Origin: Thermoanaerobaculia bacterium
GTDB taxonomy: Bacteria > Acidobacteriota > Thermoanaerobaculia > UBA5066 > Gp7-AA6
Direction of reading: 5' to 3'
NCBI GenBank assembly: GCA_035457525.1
Contig: DATIBN010000033.1
Span: 1,061-65,060, forward strand
Length of the DNA: 64,000 bases
The position numbers and the translations under genes are program-made. Of the stretch, positions 9,719 through 17,546 are shown piece by piece (position 1 is the first letter of the stretch; each line of letters opens with the position of its first letter). The notes below the pieces were generated by a model that was given only the letters and a program-made list of their open reading frames with translations, was not told the origin of the DNA and did not search any database.

Positions 9719-10957
9719 ATGTTCTCACCGGTCGAGCTCGAGATCGAGCTGTTCTGCCGCGGGCTCAAGGTCGATCGCACGTGCGAGCTGGGCGCCGACG
9801 GCCGCCGCATAGCTCGAACGCGGGCGGGGCTCGGCTCCGGGCTGGAGCTCGTCATCCGCGGGCGCCGGCGGGATCACTGGGTCAACGTCCCGGTCGCCGA
9901 GGGTTTCGCGGAGAAGTCGCCTTTCCGCCTGTTCAAGCAGCCCGACGGGTACTGGCTCCTGGACGAGCGGAGCGGCGAAGGGTACCGGGCCGCCCTGCCG
10001 GAGGAGCCCGACTGGTATTCGCGGCGGACCTCCTCGGGCGTCGAGATGAGCCGGGTGGGAGTTCTCCAGGGAAACTACCTCGGCATCTACGTCTCGACGG
10101 CCTGCCTCTTCTGGGCGTCGCGCCCCCTGCGCGCGTGCAAGTTCTGCACGACCGGAAAGAATGTGGGGTCCGTCGAGCAGGCGCGGAAGAAGATCGAGGA
10201 CGTCGTCGAGGTCGCCACCGCGGCCCGCGACGAGTCCGGCTCGGTCTTCACGCACCTGAACACCGGTTATCACTATGAAGAGGTCGACCGGCTCGAGGCT
10301 GTCCACGGCCTGCGGCAGTGCGAGCCCTTCGTGCGCGCGTTGCGCCGCAAGGTCGGAGGCTTCATCGGCATCCAGTGCATGCCGGTCCCGCGTCGCATGT
10401 TCCACGAGTACGACGCGTTGATGGATGCCGGCGCCGACCACTTCTCGTTCTGCTACGAGTTCGAGGACCCGGAAGTGTTCGCCCGGGTGTGTCCGGGCAA
10501 AGCGGAGACCGTGGGTCAGGCCGCTTTCTTCGAGGCCATGGAGTACACCGCGGCGCGACTGGGCCGGGGCCGCGTCTCCGGCGAGATCATCGCGGGCATC
10601 GAGCCGATCGAGTCCACGAAGAGGGGCATCGACCGGATCGTCAGCGCCGGCGCGTTCCCGACGGTCTGCATCTTCCGTCCCACGATCGGAAGCGAGATGG
10701 AGAACGTCCCAGCCCCCGACCCCGAGGCGATGAAGGAAGTTTTCGCGCACCTCTATCAGGCGTGCCGTGCGGCGCAGCTGCCGGTCGGCATCCTCCCGAT
10801 CGACGTGTCTCTCGTCGTCCAGCCCGAGGAGTGCCGGGATCTGGTCGAGCCGACCTTCGACTCGCGGCTCTACGACTGGGAGCTCGCCGCGCTCCGCTTC
10901 CTCGCGCGACCCTACGTCGCCTGGAAGACGCGGCCGCGCCGCTTCGCGGCCGCGTAG
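9719..10957 (+). CDS. putative Fe-S / radical-SAM-like protein
   Basis: 412 aa. Cys cluster ACLFWASRPLRACKFC (CX10CX2C) followed by a TIM-barrel-like region. Family not firmly recognised. Confidence 0.4.
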   Translation: MFSPVELEIELFCRGLKVDRTCELGADGRRIARTRAGLGSGLELVIRGRRRDHWVNVPVAEGFAEKSPFRLFKQPDGYWLLDERSGEGYRAALPEEPDWYSRRTSSGVEMSRVGVLQGNYLGIYVSTACLFWASRPLRACKFCTTGKNVGSVEQARKKIEDVVEVATAARDESGSVFTHLNTGYHYEEVDRLEAVHGLRQCEPFVRALRRKVGGFIGIQCMPVPRRMFHEYDALMDAGADHFSFCYEFEDPEVFARVCPGKAETVGQAAFFEAMEYTAARLGRGRVSGEIIAGIEPIESTKRGIDRIVSAGAFPTVCIFRPTIGSEMENVPAPDPEAMKEVFAHLYQACRAAQLPVGILPIDVSLVVQPEECRDLVEPTFDSRLYDWELAALRFLARPYVAWKTRPRRFAAA

Positions 10958-10964
10958 CGGGCGC

Positions 10965-11651
10965 TCAGTCCTCCTCCAGGTTGGGCGCGAGGAGGGAGAG
11001 ATCGGGGATCCGGAAGCCCTTCTTGTCCGTTTCGACGATCCCTTCCTTCTGCCACCGGCTCAGGATGCGGATCGAGGTCTCGACGGTCGTGCCGACCAGG
11101 TCGGCGATCTCCTGTCGGGAAAGCGCGATCGGGATGAAAATCCCGTCCTTCGTTTTCTGTCCGACCCGCTCGGCCAGCGTCGAGAAAAGACGGCCGATGC
11201 GGATCTCGACGGAGCCCGTCATGTCGGCCATCCGGCGGTTCAGGGCCATCAGGCGCATCGTCAGGCCGGCGAGCAGCCGGCGCGTGATCTCGGGACGCTT
11301 CTCCAGAAGCGAGAAGAACTCGCGGCTCGGGATCGAGATGACGCCCGACGGCTCGAGCGCGATCGCGGTCGCCGGGAAGGGCCGGCGCTCGTAGACGGCC
11401 ACCGCCCCCACCGGTTCGCCCGGGCCGAGGATCTCGAGGATCAGGTCCCGGTCCCCGGCCGACTTGACGATCTTGACGCGCCCGAGGAACAGGAAGTGGA
11501 TGTGGTTGGCGGGATCTCCCTCCTCGAAGATCGTCGCTCCCTTCTCGTAGGCGGCGAGCTCGCAGAGCGGCTCGAGCGCCCGGCGGTCGTCTTCCGTGAG
11601 CGAGAGCAGGACCGGGATCGCGTTGAACGGAATCGGCGGGCGCGGCGACAC
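10965..11651 (-). CDS. Crp/Fnr family transcriptional regulator
   Basis: N-terminal cNMP-binding beta-roll and C-terminal HTH (RQEIADLVGTTVETSIRILSRW). No Fnr-type N-terminal Cys cluster. Confidence 0.85.
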   Translation of the reverse strand: MSPRPPIPFNAIPVLLSLTEDDRRALEPLCELAAYEKGATIFEEGDPANHIHFLFLGRVKIVKSAGDRDLILEILGPGEPVGAVAVYERRPFPATAIALEPSGVISIPSREFFSLLEKRPEITRRLLAGLTMRLMALNRRMADMTGSVEIRIGRLFSTLAERVGQKTKDGIFIPIALSRQEIADLVGTTVETSIRILSRWQKEGIVETDKKGFRIPDLSLLAPNLEED

Positions 11652-11674
11652 GCGGGGATTATGGCGCGGTCAGC

Positions 11675-11810
11675 CCCCTCACCCCGGCCCTCTCCCCGCC
11701 AGATCGGGGTCAGGTCTCCACTTGCCACTTCGCGCCGCGAAGTGGCAAGTCCGTTGCCGTCAAGTCGGAACTGACGCGACTCGTGAATACCTGACCCCGC
11801 GGGGAGAGGG
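11675..11810. repeat. GC-rich hairpin repeat with a nested MITE-like palindromic insertion
   Basis: Arms ccctctccccgc (11688-99) and gcggggagaggg (11799-810) flank a ~93-bp insert. The insert has 10-bp TIRs (ggggtcaggt / acctgacccc) and an inner perfect 15-bp-arm palindrome (11720-11750). The leader cccctcaccccggccc matches the repeat at 50263. Confidence 0.5.
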
Positions 11811-12182
11811 AGTACCTGCGGCGCCGCGTTCGCTTCGCGCGCGGCGCGGCTGGAGCAAAGGAAACGGGCCGGTCGGACGCCCGAGACGCGCCTGGGAGGG
11901 CGGCGTCTAGACCGGCCCGTGGAACGGGGAGAAACCGATCTGCTCCGGGGCCGAGCGTCGCGGTGGAGCGGGGCATGTCACCGCGGGACCGCTGGCGGAA
12001 GTCCGGGTCAGGGAAAAACCCGGAGAAAGGGGGGAGGCAGATCGGGAGTGATGCCGGTGTTCGCGATTCGAGTCAATGGCGCAAGAGCGTCCGGCCCGAT
12101 GAGTCGAGCCCTGCTTCGGATTTCGCGTTCCGTTCATCCTCTCCCCTGGTCCGGGATACTCGTCCACCCCGTTGACGCCGGT

Positions 12183-12200
12183 CTGATGAGAATTCATCAG
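12183..12200. promoter_or_regulatory. 18-bp palindrome CTGATG-N6-CATCAG (copy 2 of 5)
   Basis: ctgatgagaattcatcag, overlapping the 3' end of the NnrS-family gene. Confidence 0.35.
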
Positions 12201-14011
12201 ACGCCGTGCACCGGCAGGGTCGACTGGAAGGAAGGCTTTTTGCGGACCGGCGGGCGCGGCTTCTCGCGGCCGCGCATCGTCCGGAACAGGTTGAACATGA
12301 AGAGCACGAGCGCGAGCACGACGGGGATGCCCATCCAGGAGCCGATCTCGTAGAAGACGGGCCGGAAAGCCGCCGGGTACTGCAGGAGCCTCATCGCCGC
12401 GCCGCCGAGCAGGAGGCCGTAGGTCACGCGCGCGAGCGCCGGCGACCAGAGACGCTTTCCCGAGAACACCGGCAGGATTCGGAAGCTCATCCCGACGATC
12501 AGGAGCGTGAGGAATCCGATCGTGAAAACGTGCCGGCCGGCGTCCGCCCACCAGAGGTTCTGCGCCGGGATCCGCGTGGTGCGGGAGAGAGCCACGGCCG
12601 CGAGCTCCAGGACCGCCCAGAGGCCGAGGCACGCGAACGCCGAGCGGATCGCGAACGTCGGCGATCCCGGAGCCTTCATGGCCGGGAGCTTCGGCTTCCT
12701 CCAGAGGAAGCCGTTTCCGCCGAGATAGACGACCGCCGACAGGGCCGCGAGCACCAGGCCTGCGTCGCGCAGAGCGAGGCCGGCGGCCGGCGCGAGGAAG
12801 GGGAGCCACCCCGCGCAGTAGAGCGGCCCGGCCGCGATCTGCAGGACCATGGCGGTCTCCGGCGTGCCGCGCCGCGCGGGGCCGAGCCCGAGGAACAGAG
12901 ACACCACCCGGTTCCCGAAGCCGTAGATCCAGGCGAGCAGGAATCCGTAGAGCGCCAGGAAATAGAAGGTCTCGTTCAGGGCGGTGGGCAGGGAAGTCTC
13001 GTGATGTCCCGCGAGCCAGATGCCCTGGGCTCCCAGGACGACGAGAGCGGCGGCGAAGAAGGCGGTCCCGATGGCGACGAACCGCAGGATCGGGTCCTTC
13101 CGGTCGTACTTGCCGGCCGGCATCTCCGAGAAGAGCGAGAAGACGAACGTGACGAAGAGAACGCCCGCCGCGAGCTCAATCGCCGCGGAGAGAAAGGAGA
13201 TCACGCGGCCGATCGGATAGAAGCCGAGCGGCTGGCCGACGTTCCTCAGGATCACTCCCCCGAACATGAGCCAGAACGCGACGCGCGACGACTTCGGGGT
13301 CCGGCTTCCGATCCCGAGGATTCGCGGCAGGGCGTGGTACGCGATCCCCATCAGGAAGAGCGCGGCGAAGCCGAGGACCTGCGTGTGACCATGGATCTGG
13401 CGGTGGGACAGCGGGACTTCGGCTCCCGCCGCGATCCGCAGGAGGTTGATCATCCCGGTCGTCGCGCCGAGCGTGAGCGTCAGGAAGAGGCTCCCGAGGA
13501 TGAAGTGCGGCGAGAACGGGCGGGCCGAGGTCGCGGGAACGGGAGGCGCCGCCGCGGTGTCGCGCACGGCGGCTTCGCGAAGGTCGCGGAGGAACTCCTC
13601 GAGCGGAAGCCGGTGCACCGTGGCGAACCAGGCGACCGGCTCGTCGGGCCCCTCGGGTCCGCCGCAGTCTCCGAGCCCGTAGCGCTCGAAGACCGGCGCC
13701 GTCCCCGGGAAGCGTCGGCGGATCTCGCGGATCGACATCGTCGGGGGAACGATGGCGTGGGCCTCCGCCGCACGATGCGCGGACTGGAGATCGGCCACGA
13801 CGTCCTCGAGAGGCTCCCCGCGCGCCGCGCACGCCTGCGCCAGCGGGTGCTCGCCGCCGCAGCAGGTGTCGAGGCCTCGCGCCGCGAGAGCGGACGAGAG
13901 GTGGGGCATCCGGGCGAGGATCTCCCGGACCGGCATCCGCGGATCGATGGCTCCCGGTTCCATGGTCCGACGATCTCTCCGGAGGGGGCCCCGCGCCATG
14001 ACGCCGGTCAT
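12197..14011 (-). CDS. DUF1858 (x2)-NnrS family membrane protein
   Basis: Two N-terminal DUF1858-like modules (MPVREILARMPHL...GLDTCCGGEHPL; MSIREIRRRFPGTAPVFERYGLGDCGGP) followed by a ~12-TM NnrS-like domain. Exact start uncertain. Confidence 0.65.
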   Translation of the reverse strand: MTGVMARGPLRRDRRTMEPGAIDPRMPVREILARMPHLSSALAARGLDTCCGGEHPLAQACAARGEPLEDVVADLQSAHRAAEAHAIVPPTMSIREIRRRFPGTAPVFERYGLGDCGGPEGPDEPVAWFATVHRLPLEEFLRDLREAAVRDTAAAPPVPATSARPFSPHFILGSLFLTLTLGATTGMINLLRIAAGAEVPLSHRQIHGHTQVLGFAALFLMGIAYHALPRILGIGSRTPKSSRVAFWLMFGGVILRNVGQPLGFYPIGRVISFLSAAIELAAGVLFVTFVFSLFSEMPAGKYDRKDPILRFVAIGTAFFAAALVVLGAQGIWLAGHHETSLPTALNETFYFLALYGFLLAWIYGFGNRVVSLFLGLGPARRGTPETAMVLQIAAGPLYCAGWLPFLAPAAGLALRDAGLVLAALSAVVYLGGNGFLWRKPKLPAMKAPGSPTFAIRSAFACLGLWAVLELAAVALSRTTRIPAQNLWWADAGRHVFTIGFLTLLIVGMSFRILPVFSGKRLWSPALARVTYGLLLGGAAMRLLQYPAAFRPVFYEIGSWMGIPVVLALVLFMFNLFRTMRGREKPRPPVRKKPSFQSTLPVHGV

Positions 14012-14038
14012 ATCGAGGGGCGGCTGGCCCGCCCGGGC

Positions 14039-16552
14039 TCAGCCGGGTGTCGGGAGGGACCTCCGGGCGCGGAAGATCTTGAACGCCTCGAACCAGGCGA
14101 TGCCGGAGAGCCCGGCCCCGAGGCAGAGGAGGAGATCGTTGGCGTGCAGCTTCGAGAAGCCGAAGAGCTCGCGGGGTCCCGGCGCCGCCAGCAGGAGCAC
14201 GAGAAGACAGAGGGCCCCGCCGACGACCCACGGGAGAGCGCTGTTCTTCGAACGGAACGACTGGACGATGGTGCGGGTCCAGCTCCGGTTGGCGAGGATG
14301 AGGGCGAGGTTGGAGACGATGAGGGTCGTGAACGCGAGCGCACGCGCGTCCTCGGCACCCTGACCACGCGAGAGCGCGACGGCGAACACCGTCAGGACGA
14401 TCGCGAGCACCCCCGCGCCCTGGAGGACCGCGAGGCCGACCGTCTTCCGCGAGAAGAGCGGCTCCTCGGGTCGTCGCGGTGGACGTGTCATGACGTCCGC
14501 TTCCTCCGGCTCGGCCTCGAACACGAGCGAGCAGGCGGGGTCGATGATCAGCTCGAGGAAGACGATGTGCACGGGCATCAGCACGAGCGGCCAGCCGAAG
14601 ACGATCGGCAGCAGCGACATTCCCGCGATGGGAACGTGAATGGCGAAGATGTACGCGCCGGCGTTGCGGAGGTTGTCGAAGATGCGCCGGCCCATCCGGA
14701 CGGCGGCCACGATCGACGCGAAGTCGTCGTCGAGTAGGACGAGATCCGCGGCTTCGCGGGCCACGTCGGTGCCGCGCTGGCCCATCGCGATGCCCATGCC
14801 GGCCGCCTTCAGCGCCGGCGCGTCGTTCACCCCGTCCCCGGTCATTGCGACGATTTCTCCGTTCGCCTTCAGCGCGCGCACGATGGCCAGCTTCTGCTCG
14901 GGTCGGACGCGGGCGAACACCTCGACCGACTCGATCCGGCCGCGGAGTGTGTCGTCGTCCATCCGATCGAGGTCCGCTCCCGTGAGGACGACGACCGCGT
15001 GGTCCCGCGCCAGTCCGATCTCGCGCGCGATCTGGATCGCCGTGACCGGGTAGTCTCCCGTGATCATCACGACGCGGATACCGGCCTGCCGGCATTCGCG
15101 GATCGCACCCGGAACCTCCGGGCGGATCGGATCGGCGAGGCCGAGGAGCCCGACGAGTTCGAAGGCGAAACCGGTCTGATCGTCCGGCAGCTCCGGCGGA
15201 TCGAATGTTCCTCGCGCCACCCCGAGCACGCGCAGCCCCCGGGCCGCGAGAGTACCCACGGCCTGCTGGACCGACTCACTCTCGGACGGCGAAAGCGCGC
15301 AGAGGTCCGCGATCGCTTCGGGAGCCCCTTTCGCCGCGATGACCCGCCGGCCGTCCGCGGGGGACACCCAGACCTGGGACATCACGAGCCGCTCGGGCGA
15401 CAGGGGATACTCGCGGGTCAGCGTCCACTCCGCACGGCGGGCCGGAAGAGGCGGCCCCGCTCGCGGCTCGAGGGAGCGGATCGCCTGCTCCATCGGGTCG
15501 AACGGGTCCGGTTTGCTGGCGAGGATTGCGACCTCGACGACCTCACGCACTGGCTCGGGAAGCGGGTCGTTCCCCGGCGAGACGTCGTAGACACTCCCTG
15601 CCGTCGCGATGGTCCGCACCGCCATCCGGTTCTGTGTCAGCGTTCCCGTCTTGTCCACGCAGAGCACCGTGGTCGCTCCGAGGCTCTCGATCGCCGGGAG
15701 CCGCCGCGTGAGCACCCGCCGGCGGGAGATGCGCCAGGCGCCGAGCGCAAAGAAGATCGTCAGGATGACCGGGAACTCCTCCGGCAGGACGGACATGGCG
15801 AGAGCGAGTCCCGCGAGGAATCCCTGCAGCCAGTTTCCCCTCGTCATGCCGTAGAGGACGACGACGGCCGCGCAGAGCGAGAGGCCAACGATGGCAAGGC
15901 GCCGCACGATGCGGCCGGTCTCCTCCTGAAGGCGGGTCTTGCCGGGCGCGATCGTCTCGAGCGATCGGCCGATCTTTCCGATCGCGGTGCGGGAGCCGGT
16001 CGTATCGACCCGCGCCAGCGCGTTCCCGGAAACGACGAGGGTTCCGGAGTGAACGGCATCGCCCGCCGCCTTCCGAACCGGAAGGGACTCGCCCGTCAGG
16101 AGCGACTCGTCCACGGCGAGGTTCGACTGCTCCAGGAGCGTCGCGTCGGCGGGGACCCGGTCCCCCTCCGAGAGGACGACGAGGTCGCCCGGCACGACCT
16201 CCCGGCCCGGGATTCTCCGCCGCGTTCCATCGCGGATCACGAGCGCGCGCGGGCTCGAAAGGTCCCGCAGCGCCTGGAGGGCACGCTCGGTCCGCTGGTT
16301 CTGAAACAGGGAGATCGCGACGACGACGAGTACCGAAAACAGGAGCACGATCGCTTCGCGGAGATCGCCCAGCAGGAGGTAGATCCCGCCCGCCGCGAGC
16401 AGCATCAGGATCATCGGCTCCCGCACGACGTCGAGCGCCGCCCGGAGGAGGCCCGTGCGCCGGGCCGCCGGCAGTTCGTTGAAGCCGGACTGGATGAGGA
16501 GCGCCGCGGCTTCCCGTTCCGAGAGCCCGAGGCCGCTCGAGATCGAAGTCAC
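14039..16552 (-). CDS. cation-transporting P-type ATPase (Ca2+/Mg2+-type, P2)
   Basis: DKTGTLT phosphorylation motif, TGES, MITGD and GDGVNDAPAL. 837 aa with 10 predicted TM. Confidence 0.9.
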   Translation of the reverse strand: MTSISSGLGLSEREAAALLIQSGFNELPAARRTGLLRAALDVVREPMILMLLAAGGIYLLLGDLREAIVLLFSVLVVVAISLFQNQRTERALQALRDLSSPRALVIRDGTRRRIPGREVVPGDLVVLSEGDRVPADATLLEQSNLAVDESLLTGESLPVRKAAGDAVHSGTLVVSGNALARVDTTGSRTAIGKIGRSLETIAPGKTRLQEETGRIVRRLAIVGLSLCAAVVVLYGMTRGNWLQGFLAGLALAMSVLPEEFPVILTIFFALGAWRISRRRVLTRRLPAIESLGATTVLCVDKTGTLTQNRMAVRTIATAGSVYDVSPGNDPLPEPVREVVEVAILASKPDPFDPMEQAIRSLEPRAGPPLPARRAEWTLTREYPLSPERLVMSQVWVSPADGRRVIAAKGAPEAIADLCALSPSESESVQQAVGTLAARGLRVLGVARGTFDPPELPDDQTGFAFELVGLLGLADPIRPEVPGAIRECRQAGIRVVMITGDYPVTAIQIAREIGLARDHAVVVLTGADLDRMDDDTLRGRIESVEVFARVRPEQKLAIVRALKANGEIVAMTGDGVNDAPALKAAGMGIAMGQRGTDVAREAADLVLLDDDFASIVAAVRMGRRIFDNLRNAGAYIFAIHVPIAGMSLLPIVFGWPLVLMPVHIVFLELIIDPACSLVFEAEPEEADVMTRPPRRPEEPLFSRKTVGLAVLQGAGVLAIVLTVFAVALSRGQGAEDARALAFTTLIVSNLALILANRSWTRTIVQSFRSKNSALPWVVGGALCLLVLLLAAPGPRELFGFSKLHANDLLLCLGAGLSGIAWFEAFKIFRARRSLPTPG

Positions 16553-16574
16553 GGGCGCCCTGGCGAAGCGGCGC

Positions 16575-17021
16575 TCAGAGCGAGCGGCCGGCCGGCACCA
16601 CCAGCAAAGGGATCGGCGAGCGGACGAGCAGCTCCTGCACGGTCGAGCCGAGGAGGAAACTCGCGGTCCGGCCGTGTCCCCGCGTTCCCATCACGAGCAT
16701 GTCGTGTCCGCGTCGCGCCTCGCGTCCGAGCTCCCGTGCGGCGTCGCCGCGAAGGAGGCGGATCGCCGCGTCGCCGCGCGCGAGCTTCCCGAGGCGTTTC
16801 TCGTAGTGCTCCGCGATCGCCTTCTCGAGCGCGCCCGTTCCGAGGTGCAGAAGATCTCCCCGCTCTTCGAGAACCGCGGCGCGCACGTCGGAGAGCGGCC
16901 GCACGTGGGCGATCGTGATCTCCCCGCCAACGCGCTTCGCGAGGCGCGTCGCCGCCCGGAGCGCCGCGAGCGACTCCGGCGAAAAATCGACCGCGACGAG
17001 GACGCGCAGGGGTGAGGCCAC
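16575..17021 (-). CDS. universal stress protein (UspA family)
   Basis: LRVLVAVDFSPES ... MLVMGTRGHGRTASFLLGSTVQELLVRSPIPLLVV. GTG start immediately after the upstream stop. Exact start uncertain. Confidence 0.7.
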   Translation of the reverse strand: MASPLRVLVAVDFSPESLAALRAATRLAKRVGGEITIAHVRPLSDVRAAVLEERGDLLHLGTGALEKAIAEHYEKRLGKLARGDAAIRLLRGDAARELGREARRGHDMLVMGTRGHGRTASFLLGSTVQELLVRSPIPLLVVPAGRSL

Positions 17022-17032
17022 CTCCGGGGATT

Positions 17033-17434
17033 CTATCCGCGCGGGGAGTCGGACGAGGGTTCGCCCCGTCTCGCGCTGCCGAACACGAAGGCGTCGGGCT
17101 CCGGCGGCCGGAACTCGACCAAGGTCGTCGTTCCGTCGGCGGAGTTGATCCCGAGCGCGGCGTCGCCGCCGTCGTCGCTCCTCTCGAGCCAGACCGCGAT
17201 CGGACGCGAGACCGCGTGCTCCACGTTTCGGCCGGGCGCGTCGCCGAGGTGAATCGAGATCTTCGTCGCCAGCCGATCGGACACGATTCCCTCGAGCGGC
17301 AGGTCGCGCGCTTCGACCTGCGCGCCGATGCGCGGACCGACGAGCCACACGGTGGTCGGCCACCCGGGATGGCGCCGCGTGAACCCTTCGAAGAACGAAA
17401 ACCATTCGGCGCGGGGGACGAGTCGGTTTCTCAT
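17033..17434 (-). CDS. hypothetical protein (DUF5335-like general stress protein)
   Basis: Balanced-composition ORF MRNRLVPRAEWFSFFEGFTRRHPGW... in the frame opposite an R-rich artifact. Start may be at 17464 or 17488. Confidence 0.4.
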   Translation of the reverse strand: MRNRLVPRAEWFSFFEGFTRRHPGWPTTVWLVGPRIGAQVEARDLPLEGIVSDRLATKISIHLGDAPGRNVEHAVSRPIAVWLERSDDGGDAALGINSADGTTTLVEFRPPEPDAFVFGSARRGEPSSDSPRG

Positions 17435-17546
17435 GGCCCCCTCCTCGACAGAATCCTGCCTCATCCGCGAATGAAATCGCTGATGCAAACGCTTCTATCT
17501 CCGGAGACGGGGCCCGTTCCACGATGATCCCCGTCGAAAAGGAGCT

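Noticed and set aside
11907-12353. ORFs 11907..12809 (-), 11919..12353 (+) and 11963..12175 (+) inside the 546-bp gap
   Set aside because: They have R/P/G-rich composition and span the nested palindromic repeat element. They are more likely non-coding or a structured DNA/RNA element.
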